From positions 1 to 46,101 of the IMG/VR virus record IMGVR_UViG_3300017754_001947: a stretch of DNA of 46,101 nucleotides. The stretch is one strand, 5' to 3'. How positions within the stretch are numbered: the first letter of the stretch is position 1; each line of letters opens with the position of its first letter. Both the position numbers and the translations under genes were made by a program. Below the pieces are notes generated by a model, which worked only from the letters and a program-made list of their open reading frames with translations, made no database searches and was not told the DNA's origin. The DNA comes from a virus. Its lineage: Duplodnaviria > Caudoviricetes. Below are positions 8,592-18,403 of the stretch, in pieces.

Positions 8592-9680
8592 ATGTATAAT
8601 TACACCCTCCGATATAGAACCTTTGATCAACTTCTAAGTGATATTCAAGTAGATTTCAAGAATATTCAACTTCAGAATTACATTGATCCACAGCAGCTTA
8701 TTAAAGTTGCTAAAAGGGTTAATTATGATCTTGGACTTAGAATCTTTAAAACTAAAGAAGCAATTCTTGATGTAGAAAAAGGAAGAGTAAAACTTCCGGA
8801 TGATTTCTTTGTACTAAACTTTGCTCTTATTTGTGATGAGCTTGTTATTCATGAACCGGTTAATCAAGGTACATGGATTGAAGAAAGACCAGTTGTTACA
8901 CCATATCAACAAACTACTAGTACTATAGATACTTGTGTAGCATCTACTGTAAACTGCCAGGTATGTAACAACACACCTTGTGGTTGTCAAAATACAGCAT
9001 CTTGTCAAACCTGCAATACTTGTAATACTAGTCCTTGCGGATGTGCTAATCAGGTAATCAATGTACCTCCTTATAGCGCTGTAAATCCTTATGGAAGTTA
9101 TTGTCAAACTCCTAAAGTATTTACTAATTGCAAAGGTGATGCATATGAACTTGTTCAAATAGTTAAATCAACTCAGCGTGTCTACAAGAGACAATGGCCT
9201 ATTAGAATACTAGAAAATCCACAAAGCATTGATTGTGATTGTCCTAATCTTTATTGGAATGTAGGTACAACTGCTTGGATTAAAGATGGTTGGTTATATA
9301 CAAACTTTGACTGCGGAACTATCTATGTTAATTATCAAGGTATGCTTGATGATGAGCAAGGTAATCTTTTGGTTCCGGATCATGATATGATCAATGAGTA
9401 TTATGAGTATGCTGTTAAGCAGCGTATTCTTGAGAATCTCATGATGAATGATGATGCTACAGCTGTTAATAAACTACAAGTTGTAGAACAAAGACTTAGA
9501 GCTGCTAGAAACAATGCCCTTTCTATTGTAAATACTCCAAACTTCTCAGAAATGAAAAGACTTTGGGAGATGAATAGAAAAGCACAATACTGGAAATACT
9601 ATGATATGTTTAAGTCATATCCATGGAACCAGGGCACAGTTAATAATCAACAGTATCCTAACTCATATACTAGATACTAA
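8592..9680 (+). CDS. Tail tubular / ring protein with Cys-rich insertion
   Basis: RVKLPDDF, IKDGWLYTNFDCGTIYVNYQG and DEQGNLLVPD...YYEYAVK resemble crAss-like ring proteins. An insertion carries two CxxC-xxx-PCGC units. The stop overlaps the next start (TAATG). Confidence 0.7.
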   Translation: MYNYTLRYRTFDQLLSDIQVDFKNIQLQNYIDPQQLIKVAKRVNYDLGLRIFKTKEAILDVEKGRVKLPDDFFVLNFALICDELVIHEPVNQGTWIEERPVVTPYQQTTSTIDTCVASTVNCQVCNNTPCGCQNTASCQTCNTCNTSPCGCANQVINVPPYSAVNPYGSYCQTPKVFTNCKGDAYELVQIVKSTQRVYKRQWPIRILENPQSIDCDCPNLYWNVGTTAWIKDGWLYTNFDCGTIYVNYQGMLDDEQGNLLVPDHDMINEYYEYAVKQRILENLMMNDDATAVNKLQVVEQRLRAARNNALSIVNTPNFSEMKRLWEMNRKAQYWKYYDMFKSYPWNQGTVNNQQYPNSYTRY

Positions 9681-12600
9681 TGGCAAAATATAATCCTACA
9701 AGTTCTGATGATTTAAGGAGGTTTGATAAAGAATTAAGTGAAGATAGAAATGATTTTCACTTGGATGAGAGTACCTGGACTCAAGCTCGAAATGCCATTA
9801 ATAACTCTAAGAGTGGTGATATTGGTAAACTAGGTAATGAACCCGGTAACCAATATTGTACTGAAGCAACCTATACTATAGTAGGTGCTATCTATACAGA
9901 TAGAGATGTCTGGGTACTATTCTCTACTGATGAGACTAATTCAGAGATTGGTATCTTTAAAGAAGAGACATGCACTTATCTACCAATAGTAAATAGCCCG
10001 TGTCTAAATCTTAGTAAGTATCATCTTATTAAGGGTGTATCTAAAGCAACATCAGATTGTTATTGGAGAATCTACTGGGATGATGGAAATAACCCATCAA
10101 GAGTATTAACTGTAGATACAATTAACTTTAGTAACAACTTATACTCAAGTCCTAATAGTCCTATTCCTTGGATCCAAGATTGTTTAGATGAAAATGGTAA
10201 TACACCAAATTCTCCTCTATATCCACAAGGATGTATATTTTGTAACAATACTCCTGCTATAGATTGTGATGCTATAAGACTTGCTAAGCTTGTAAAAACT
10301 CCATGTGTAAGAGTTGAAAAAGGAACATCTGGAGGAACATTAGCAAATGGATCTTACTTTGCAGTTATAGCATATTGTATAGATGGTATAAAACTTACAG
10401 ACTACTTTAAGCCATCTAATCTTCAACCATTATTTGATCATGATAATGTTGCAGGATCTTTAGATATTTACATTGATGGTGCAGACACTGACTATGATTC
10501 TTTTGAATTAGTTGTTGTATCAACAATTAGTGCTCAGACTGTAGCTAAAAAAATTGGGATATACAATATAACCCAGACTAAGGTTACACTTGATACTATA
10601 GATCTAACACTTACTACTGTACCATTAGAACTTATTCCTTTACAAACAACTGTCTATGATAAGACAGAAGCAATGTTTAAAGTGAATAACTATTTAATTA
10701 GAACTGCACCTACTACTAAGCTTGACTTTAACTACCAACCACTTGCCAATCAAATAGTTACAAAATGGCAAGCTATAGAATATGACAGAAATTACTATAG
10801 AAATGGAGGAAGTAATACTGGATACATGCGTGATGAAGTATATCCATTCTTTATTCGCTGGATATACAATACAGGTGATAAATCTAAGTCATATCATATT
10901 CCAGGTAGACCTGCTTTAACTGTTGGTGGCTTTAATGAAAATGCATTTCTAACTGTAGCAAGTGATGCTTTACCAGATGAAGTATCTGGAGGATTTAACT
11001 ACAACTGGTTAGTAAACAACCTAGCTCAAGTTGAACCTGGATTTATTCCTTATACTCTTCCAGATGGAGGAAATGTTATAGCTCAAGGTATCATGGGTTA
11101 TTGGGAATCAACTGAATATTATCCTAATAATAATGATGAAGTATGGAATGCATCAGCACATCCATGGTCAACTGTAACAAGCTTACCTTATTCTGGAACA
11201 GCGCTTACTGATTATGATTTGTGTGGTGAAAAAATAAGACATCATAGATTTCCAGATAACTTTACTGATAATAGTCCTAGTACTTTAACAAACCACTTTA
11301 ATCAGAGTGGTGGAAAGATTAGAATCATGGGAGTTACTTTTGATAATATCAAAGCTCCTGTAGATAATAATGGAAATCCTATAACTAATATTGTAGGATA
11401 TGAAATTCTAAGAGGTAGTAGAAATGCTAATAAAACAGTAGTAGCAAAAGGTATCATCAATAACATGGGTATATATAACCTTGATGATGACTTTGATCCA
11501 AACACTCCTTATGCAGGCCCAAGAGGAGCTTATCAAAACTATCCTTATAATGACTTGCACCCGGATACATTTTTGTCTACTCAGCAAACAAGTTATACTA
11601 CATTAGGAGGAGAACAAAACTTTTCTCCACAAAGTCAATTTTCAAGAGAACTGTTTTCTTTTCACTCTCCTGATACAACTTTCTACAAACCTTTTCTCTC
11701 TTCTAGAGAACTAAAGGTATATTCAAATTTTGTAGGTGATGTATATGGTAAATTCGAATGGTCAGAAAAGCATCCTAAAGCAAAAGTGCTTACTGACATA
11801 GCATTTGTAGTTTCAGCAATTGCAGGTGTTGGTATTGCTCTTCTTGCTAAAGATGGACAAAGAACTGTAACTAGAGAAAAGCCTAGACTTAATGCTACAG
11901 TTTTAGCAGGGGGTACAACAGACTTAGCAGTTACAGTACCAGCTGCAATAGGTCTTGTAAGTGCAGCTTTAGGTTTATCTAGTTTATCTGAAGCAGATTT
12001 AAATAACCTTGGTATAAGTACTGCTTTATCTATAGCCTTAGGTGTTACATCTGATAACTTAGCTTATAATAGCACGGGTTATGATGCTGCAGCATTAGCA
12101 ACTCTTCTAGCACCTAACATATTAGGTGGTACAGAAAATGTATCTTATCAAAGATCTTCTTATGCGGATTTACCAACTTTATTTAAAGTTGTAAATGCTG
12201 TTCCTAGTTTTGCTAACTATGCTACAGAAGGTACAGATAGAACACTTGAGCTTATAAAAGCTTTCATTAAGTATAGAGATTTTGCACTTAAGTATAATTC
12301 TCATGGATTATACAATCTAGGATATGCTGTGGCTGTAGGAAACAGAAGAAGAGAAATTACTGAGCAATCTTATATTGGGCCTGAAGTTGTTGACTTTAGT
12401 AATAACTATAGAATCAACAACCTGTTTAGAAATAAATATGTTGCTCTTAATGTAAATACTGCTATTCCTAGTCAAGGTCTTACTGATAATACTAGACAAA
12501 GAGTTTCAGATGTATCTGCATTATATCCAGGATTCAATACAAAAAGACCTATTGATGGTTCTGAGTTTAGAACAACAACAGCTTCATACTATACAGCGCT

Positions 12601-14752
12601 TAAACAAAGAATTAGAAATCAGTATGGTCAAATAGATTCTATTTCTCAAATTAATGCAAGCAACTGTTACACAGCAATTAAAGTAGGTAAAGCTGTACCT
12701 TCTAGTGGAACTATTTTTGGTGGGGATGTTTATATTGGAAGATATAGTGAAAAGACTACCTTCTTCTATTTTTATGATTGGTTATATGATCAACCAGATG
12801 GTTATCAGTTTAACTATGATGATTATAAAAATATCCTCTACCCAAGATATTGGTTAAATATGGAGGAGTTTCAAACTAATGATTTTACCTCTTCTATATT
12901 TTCAAACATATTTAACCCGGGTGCATGGGTAACACCAAGTGATTTTTATAATCTTGATCCTTCACCATCTCTTATATCTAATATAAACTTTGCAGTAAAG
13001 AATGCTTATTTCTATTTGTTTAATTCAGGAGTAAGAGAATTCTTTGTAGAGTCAGAAATCAATGTAGATCTAAGAGATTACGGTAATATAGATGCAGAGA
13101 AATACTACCCTTATATATCTGATGTTAAAAGACTATTTGATACATCTATTATAAAAGCTGGTAACTATTACAAGTATGATGCATCATTAAGTTTTACAAA
13201 AACAATACTTAACTATACATCGTGGGGTATAGTCCAGTCAAGATCTTATAGTCCATATTTAGCTGAGACTTGTTACACTTATAGTCCTAATAGAGTTATC
13301 TATTCTTTACCTTCTCAATTTGAAAGTGAGAAAGATAACTGGCTATACTTTTTAGCTAATAACTATTATGACTTTGATACTTATGTAAGATCTATCAAGT
13401 CAGTTAATAAGAGTGGTGCTATTATATTCTTTGACACTGCAAGTCCGGTTCAATTCCAAGGTCTTGATCAACTTGAAACAGATCTTGGCACCAAGCTTAC
13501 AATAGGTGATGGAGGATTATTCTCTCAACCTATGCAAAGCATTATTAATGCTGATGCACAGTATGAGTATGGTTCTTGTCAAGATAGAGCAAGTGTTATA
13601 AACACTTCTGCTGGTCTATACTGGATAAGTCAAAACCAAGGAAAGATATTTAAGGTAGCTGGATCTATTGAAGAAGTATCACTTGATAATATGAAGTGGT
13701 GGCTTGCTCAGTATCTACCTTATCAGTTGTTGCAACAGAATATTGCAAACATTCAAAACTTTGAACTTACTGATAATACTGTAGCAGGTATAGGTTGTCA
13801 ATCTACTTATGATAACCAAAACCAATTAGTGTACTTCTGTAAGAAGGACTATATCTTAAAAAGAGATCTTCCGCAGAATATTTCTTTAACTTATTTAGGT
13901 ACAGATCAATTCCAAGTAAACACCATAATTGGAGGAGAAGGTTTACCAATTAATACTATTACCCTAGGTGATCCTCTTTACTTTGAAGATGCATCATTTA
14001 CACTTAGCTATGATCCTAAGTCTCAAGGTTTTATTAGTTACCATGACTGGCATCCTACATTAACTTTACCGGGTAAGAATACATTCTTAACTGTAAATCC
14101 AAATGATAAAAAGTCTATTTGGGTGCACAATGAAAGATGTGATCTCTATGCTAACTATTATGGTATAGATTATCCATTTGAGGTGGAGTGGATGGTAAAT
14201 ACAGGTAATAATGTTAATACACTTAGAAGTATTGAATATCAACTTGAAGTCTATAAGTATGCACCTAACTGCTATGATAGATTCCACAAGCTTGATACAA
14301 ACTTTGATGAGGCCGTAGTTTATAATACAGAACAGTGTTCAGGATTGTTAAAGCTTAATTTAACTCCTAGAAATAATGCTCCTGCTATTCTCAATTACCC
14401 TATTATTAATCCTACTAATATTGATATCTTGTTCTCTAAAGTAGAACAGAGATACAGATTTAATCAGTTCTGGGATGTTACAAGAGATAGAGGTGAATTC
14501 CCAATTGGATCACCTTATCCACCTCCAACACCTAACGTCGGATCTTATGCTCAACAAACTATTTGGAATACAGGAGCTAATGGATATGTAAGAGTTCTTA
14601 ATGCTAACAACTTAAACTATAATAAAGAATCATTGCAGAGAAAGAAGTTTAGACATTACTCAACAAGTGTTCTTTTGAGAAAGCTTGTAAGTAATGACAG
14701 CAAATTCCTTGTAATGACATCTACTAATAAAAACCTTTATTCACCTAGATAA
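9680..14752 (+). CDS. Tail stabilisation / muzzle protein (P22 gp10-like position), 1690 aa
   Basis: Size, beta-propeller-like composition and motifs IYWDDGNNPSR, GYMRDEVYPF, FTLSYDPKSQGFISYHDWHP and FDEAVVYNTEQCSGLLKL, recalled from crAss-like stabilisation proteins. Directly follows the ring genes. Confidence 0.8.
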   Translation: MAKYNPTSSDDLRRFDKELSEDRNDFHLDESTWTQARNAINNSKSGDIGKLGNEPGNQYCTEATYTIVGAIYTDRDVWVLFSTDETNSEIGIFKEETCTYLPIVNSPCLNLSKYHLIKGVSKATSDCYWRIYWDDGNNPSRVLTVDTINFSNNLYSSPNSPIPWIQDCLDENGNTPNSPLYPQGCIFCNNTPAIDCDAIRLAKLVKTPCVRVEKGTSGGTLANGSYFAVIAYCIDGIKLTDYFKPSNLQPLFDHDNVAGSLDIYIDGADTDYDSFELVVVSTISAQTVAKKIGIYNITQTKVTLDTIDLTLTTVPLELIPLQTTVYDKTEAMFKVNNYLIRTAPTTKLDFNYQPLANQIVTKWQAIEYDRNYYRNGGSNTGYMRDEVYPFFIRWIYNTGDKSKSYHIPGRPALTVGGFNENAFLTVASDALPDEVSGGFNYNWLVNNLAQVEPGFIPYTLPDGGNVIAQGIMGYWESTEYYPNNNDEVWNASAHPWSTVTSLPYSGTALTDYDLCGEKIRHHRFPDNFTDNSPSTLTNHFNQSGGKIRIMGVTFDNIKAPVDNNGNPITNIVGYEILRGSRNANKTVVAKGIINNMGIYNLDDDFDPNTPYAGPRGAYQNYPYNDLHPDTFLSTQQTSYTTLGGEQNFSPQSQFSRELFSFHSPDTTFYKPFLSSRELKVYSNFVGDVYGKFEWSEKHPKAKVLTDIAFVVSAIAGVGIALLAKDGQRTVTREKPRLNATVLAGGTTDLAVTVPAAIGLVSAALGLSSLSEADLNNLGISTALSIALGVTSDNLAYNSTGYDAAALATLLAPNILGGTENVSYQRSSYADLPTLFKVVNAVPSFANYATEGTDRTLELIKAFIKYRDFALKYNSHGLYNLGYAVAVGNRRREITEQSYIGPEVVDFSNNYRINNLFRNKYVALNVNTAIPSQGLTDNTRQRVSDVSALYPGFNTKRPIDGSEFRTTTASYYTALKQRIRNQYGQIDSISQINASNCYTAIKVGKAVPSSGTIFGGDVYIGRYSEKTTFFYFYDWLYDQPDGYQFNYDDYKNILYPRYWLNMEEFQTNDFTSSIFSNIFNPGAWVTPSDFYNLDPSPSLISNINFAVKNAYFYLFNSGVREFFVESEINVDLRDYGNIDAEKYYPYISDVKRLFDTSIIKAGNYYKYDASLSFTKTILNYTSWGIVQSRSYSPYLAETCYTYSPNRVIYSLPSQFESEKDNWLYFLANNYYDFDTYVRSIKSVNKSGAIIFFDTASPVQFQGLDQLETDLGTKLTIGDGGLFSQPMQSIINADAQYEYGSCQDRASVINTSAGLYWISQNQGKIFKVAGSIEEVSLDNMKWWLAQYLPYQLLQQNIANIQNFELTDNTVAGIGCQSTYDNQNQLVYFCKKDYILKRDLPQNISLTYLGTDQFQVNTIIGGEGLPINTITLGDPLYFEDASFTLSYDPKSQGFISYHDWHPTLTLPGKNTFLTVNPNDKKSIWVHNERCDLYANYYGIDYPFEVEWMVNTGNNVNTLRSIEYQLEVYKYAPNCYDRFHKLDTNFDEAVVYNTEQCSGLLKLNLTPRNNAPAILNYPIINPTNIDILFSKVEQRYRFNQFWDVTRDRGEFPIGSPYPPPTPNVGSYAQQTIWNTGANGYVRVLNANNLNYNKESLQRKKFRHYSTSVLLRKLVSNDSKFLVMTSTNKNLYSPR

Positions 14753-14753
14753 T

Positions 14754-15620
14754 ATGTGGAACAAAGTACCTAAGAACGAGTACCTTAATAAAAAAGGGTA
14801 TGCACCTAAAAAGAATCCAGAAAAGATTGTTAATGAAGGTGTTATATATGACCTTAAAGGTAAAGGTCAATGGGAATATCCAGGTCAAGTAACTAAAATA
14901 CCTTCAGGAGATATTACCATGCAAGGTGTACCTTATCCTGTACTAGGTGTAGATAACTTAGGTAATGAGCAAATGATGTATCCTGGTGTAGATTATACAT
15001 TCCCGGGTAATGTGGTTACTGAATATCCTCAATTTCAAAAAGGAGGTGATTATAATATGTTAGGATATGCTATGCATCATCCTATAGGAGCTTTAAAGCA
15101 TTTTATTAATCCAGAAAAATACCATGCTACAGATGAATATAAAAGACCAAATCATATGACTTTTAGTGATGAGTCTAAGTATTCAAATAAAGAACATCAA
15201 GGAGGTCATTGGGAACAACAGCAAGATGGTACATGGACATTTACACCTACTGCATGGAATATACAAAATGCAGGGGGATATGATAAGCTTCAAGATTGGT
15301 GGAGTCAAACTGAAGGTAAAGCCGGTAATATACTTTTACCACCTTCAGATTCTCCTCAACTCCAATATGGCGGGGATCCTTCTATACCAGAGTTAAATCA
15401 AGCTAAGAAAGGTGGATGGCTGAATAAGTATTCTAAGCTACCTAAGAAAAAATCATCTAAGAATATTAAAACTAGCATTAATAAACTGATGACTAGGAAT
15501 CCTTTATTTGATAGAAACTACATGCTTTATGGAGCTAAAGGACCTAGACTTTATGATCCTAATTCTAAGTATCAGTTTGGTGGTTGGCTTGATAAATATA
15601 AACCTAAGAAGTCTCCCTAA
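14754..15620 (+). CDS. Putative internal virion (cargo) protein, 288 aa
   Basis: Small modules (ITMQGVPYPVLG...MMYPG..Y.FPG..VTEYP; KRPNHMTFSDESKYS...GGHW) separated by xGG motifs. Basic C-terminus with GGWLNKY and GGWLDKY. No Cys seen. Confidence 0.65.
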   Translation: MWNKVPKNEYLNKKGYAPKKNPEKIVNEGVIYDLKGKGQWEYPGQVTKIPSGDITMQGVPYPVLGVDNLGNEQMMYPGVDYTFPGNVVTEYPQFQKGGDYNMLGYAMHHPIGALKHFINPEKYHATDEYKRPNHMTFSDESKYSNKEHQGGHWEQQQDGTWTFTPTAWNIQNAGGYDKLQDWWSQTEGKAGNILLPPSDSPQLQYGGDPSIPELNQAKKGGWLNKYSKLPKKKSSKNIKTSINKLMTRNPLFDRNYMLYGAKGPRLYDPNSKYQFGGWLDKYKPKKSP

Positions 15621-15717
15621 AAAAGGAGGAAGTCCTAGAAAATCTAGTAAAAAATTAGTAAATTATAGTCAAAGCCCTAACTTTGTTAAAACCAGTTGGT
15701 TAGATAAATACAAATAG
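15615..15717 (+). other. Candidate +1 programmed frameshift (CCC-TAA) and 32-aa C-terminal extension
   Basis: The ORF ends CCC TAA (15615-15620). The +1 frame reads KKGGSPRKSSKKLVNYSQSPNFVKTSWLDKYK* and stops at 15717, one base before the next ATG at 15719. Confidence 0.65.
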
Positions 15718-15718
15718 A

Positions 15719-18397
15719 ATGAAAGCTCAATTCCTCAAAATGGCCGGGGTAAACTCTGAAGAAGAGTTTTATAATATGTACCCTACAGAAGAAGCCTTTT
15801 TCCAAGTATATCCTCAAGCTAGACAAATGGCTAATGGTGGTCAACCTTATCCATGGTCATATCCAGAATATGGTATGCAAGGTAAAGGTGCAGGCGCTCA
15901 AATTCCTGTAGAGACTTATTATGCTTATGGTGGATTTACAAGTAATCCTGCAGCAACTCTTGTTCATTATAATCATGGAGGATCTGGAGATTATGCTCAT
16001 CCTTCTAACTATGGAGCTTTCCCAGCTTTTGCTAAACAAGGTGGTACTTATGGTGCATCATATCATCAAGGACCAGGAGTCCAAGGTGGTAAAATTGATA
16101 ATGTAGTAGATAGCAGAAAGAATAATTTCTTATCTGCTATTCAAGCAAATACTCAAAATGCTCTTAATAAAGAAGCTGCAGAAGAGGCTATGCAAATCAA
16201 TCAACAGTTTATGTCTCAGCTAATTGCACAATTTGGTGCTGAAACATATAATAACAATTATATGTATGAGAATCAGCTTGATACACTTAGCGCTAATAGA
16301 GAAAATAAAATGCGCGATTTCATGGGTAGCATAAGAGGAGCTGTTAGCTATGAAACAGACAAGAGATTGAAACAGAAGATGTATGATGATACTCAGAAAA
16401 AACTAAACCTTTTAATGAGTACAAATAAATTAAGTACTGATGCTCAAACAGTACCTGACTTTAATCCAATTCCTGAAAACATGGCAAAATACGGTGGATC
16501 ACTTAAGAAGTATCAAACTGCTGGTACTACAGGAGATCAAATGAGTGAAGATATAAAAGGGTATGCTCAAAAAAAATATGTAACAAATACAGAAAACATT
16601 AAAAGTAGACAAAAGCTTATCCAACAACTGGAAGAAGCTTTGTTGAGAGCACAGCAATATAGTTCTGATCAACAAGTATTATCAGATTTTGGTGTTGATA
16701 AAACATTAGCTGGATCTTTTACACCTTATACTTATATTGATAAAAAAGATTGGAATAGTAGTTCAGAGCAAGGTGAAAAAAAAGAATTAAAAAGTGTTGC
16801 TGAATTACAAGCAGCAATTGATGCAGAAAAACAAAAAATAGAAGCTGCTAAAACAGATCTTAAAACTGTAGCTACTAAATATCCACAGTATTATCCATCA
16901 GATGTTTATCCTGATCTTTATGCATCAGATAATCCTTGGGGTTTTAAACTTTCTGAAAAAAATTGGGATGCTAATGAAAAACAAGAAAATATAACTCAAA
17001 GTACTAAAACTCAAGGAACAACTCCATCAACTCCTTCTCAAACACAACAAGGAACAGAACCTACTAGAATAACTGGTACAGGAACTAGGGGTGCAAGATA
17101 TACTCCGGGAGCTCAACAACAAACAACTGGCACTACAACAGATAATCAAATGGATCCTAAAGAAAAAGCAGTAAAAGATCTTGCTGTAGCATATGGTCAA
17201 GACCCTGATCAAACATGGGCTAAATACCAAGCGCTTACAACTTATGGTACCATGGGTGCTGGTGCAGGATATCCATATATGGTTAATGCTCCTGATTATA
17301 GATATAGAAGAACTCGTAGTTCATATCCATTTGCAGGAGATGTAGGTAGAATGCCAACTTCAGAAGATATTGAAGCAATGCAAGCAGCTGCTGGAGCACA
17401 AGGTTATGGATTAAAAGTAACTGAGAAAAAGAGATTGTTTGGTAAAGGTCCTAGAAAGATTATTATTGAAACAACCTTTAATCCTAATACTGGTAAAGTA
17501 GAAGAGACTCCGGTTGAACAAACTCCTTCTCCAACATGGGGTGTAACACCTCAAACACCTTCTCCATTGCTTACTGATCAGGATAGATATAATCTAGATA
17601 AAGAACAAGCTATTAGAGAAGGTCAAGCGTATGAATATGAGCAACTGGATCCTATAGAAAAAGCAAGATTGCTTTCTCCAATACAAAGTTCTATTCAACC
17701 TGTTGAGGCTGATGAACCTTCATTAGAAGAGATGTATACCCCTACTAAAAAATATGGCGGTGGTCTACATAGATTCCTACCTAAGCATGACATGCTTGGA
17801 GAAACAGGAAACTATCAAGGTGTACCTGTAACTTCTATGCCTGATATGTTTTCTTATGGAGAAGAGGGTACTCCGGGTATGACTGGATTACCTGGTAAAA
17901 AAACAGGAGCTAAATCTTCATACAAGAGAAAAATGAATGTAGCTCCATGGGCTGCTGATGCAACTCTTACAGGTATTAGTGCATTAACTGCTCTTGGTTT
18001 AGGAGATGAAGAAAGAGCAATGGAAGAACAAGTAGCTCAAAGAAAAAGAGGAGATAATCTATTCAAACCATTTGTAGGTAAAGATCTTGGCCAATATGTT
18101 CCTACCGGTGCATTAACAGGTACTCTTGGAGTAAATCAATCTATTCCTATTCAAGATACAGGATACATGCCAGGATTTACAAAAGACAAAGGTGGTTCTA
18201 TAGGTTATTCAGATTGGAGTCAAACTCCAGTTAATGGATACTATGGAGTACCTACAGGTGAGATGACAATGTACCCACATTGGACTCAAGCTCCTGTAAT
18301 GCAAATGGGTGGTGCACCATCTACTGAGCAATATCTTACAGATAAAGAAATTGCAGAGATTATCCAAATGGGTGGACAAGTTGAATACTTAGACTAA
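15719..18397 (+). CDS. Putative internal virion (cargo/ejection) protein, 892 aa
   Basis: Low-complexity Q/T/G-rich protein with about nine xGG motifs, no Cys seen. Lies between the muzzle and ejection genes. Confidence 0.6.
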   Translation: MKAQFLKMAGVNSEEEFYNMYPTEEAFFQVYPQARQMANGGQPYPWSYPEYGMQGKGAGAQIPVETYYAYGGFTSNPAATLVHYNHGGSGDYAHPSNYGAFPAFAKQGGTYGASYHQGPGVQGGKIDNVVDSRKNNFLSAIQANTQNALNKEAAEEAMQINQQFMSQLIAQFGAETYNNNYMYENQLDTLSANRENKMRDFMGSIRGAVSYETDKRLKQKMYDDTQKKLNLLMSTNKLSTDAQTVPDFNPIPENMAKYGGSLKKYQTAGTTGDQMSEDIKGYAQKKYVTNTENIKSRQKLIQQLEEALLRAQQYSSDQQVLSDFGVDKTLAGSFTPYTYIDKKDWNSSSEQGEKKELKSVAELQAAIDAEKQKIEAAKTDLKTVATKYPQYYPSDVYPDLYASDNPWGFKLSEKNWDANEKQENITQSTKTQGTTPSTPSQTQQGTEPTRITGTGTRGARYTPGAQQQTTGTTTDNQMDPKEKAVKDLAVAYGQDPDQTWAKYQALTTYGTMGAGAGYPYMVNAPDYRYRRTRSSYPFAGDVGRMPTSEDIEAMQAAAGAQGYGLKVTEKKRLFGKGPRKIIIETTFNPNTGKVEETPVEQTPSPTWGVTPQTPSPLLTDQDRYNLDKEQAIREGQAYEYEQLDPIEKARLLSPIQSSIQPVEADEPSLEEMYTPTKKYGGGLHRFLPKHDMLGETGNYQGVPVTSMPDMFSYGEEGTPGMTGLPGKKTGAKSSYKRKMNVAPWAADATLTGISALTALGLGDEERAMEEQVAQRKRGDNLFKPFVGKDLGQYVPTGALTGTLGVNQSIPIQDTGYMPGFTKDKGGSIGYSDWSQTPVNGYYGVPTGEMTMYPHWTQAPVMQMGGAPSTEQYLTDKEIAEIIQMGGQVEYLD

Positions 18398-18403
18398 TAT
18401 AAC

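Noticed and set aside
15508-15717. Independent 69-aa gene starting at TTG 15508
   Set aside because: It overlaps the previous gene by more than 110 nt and has a weak start. Only the part after the CCC-TAA carries the family motifs, so a frameshift extension explains it better.
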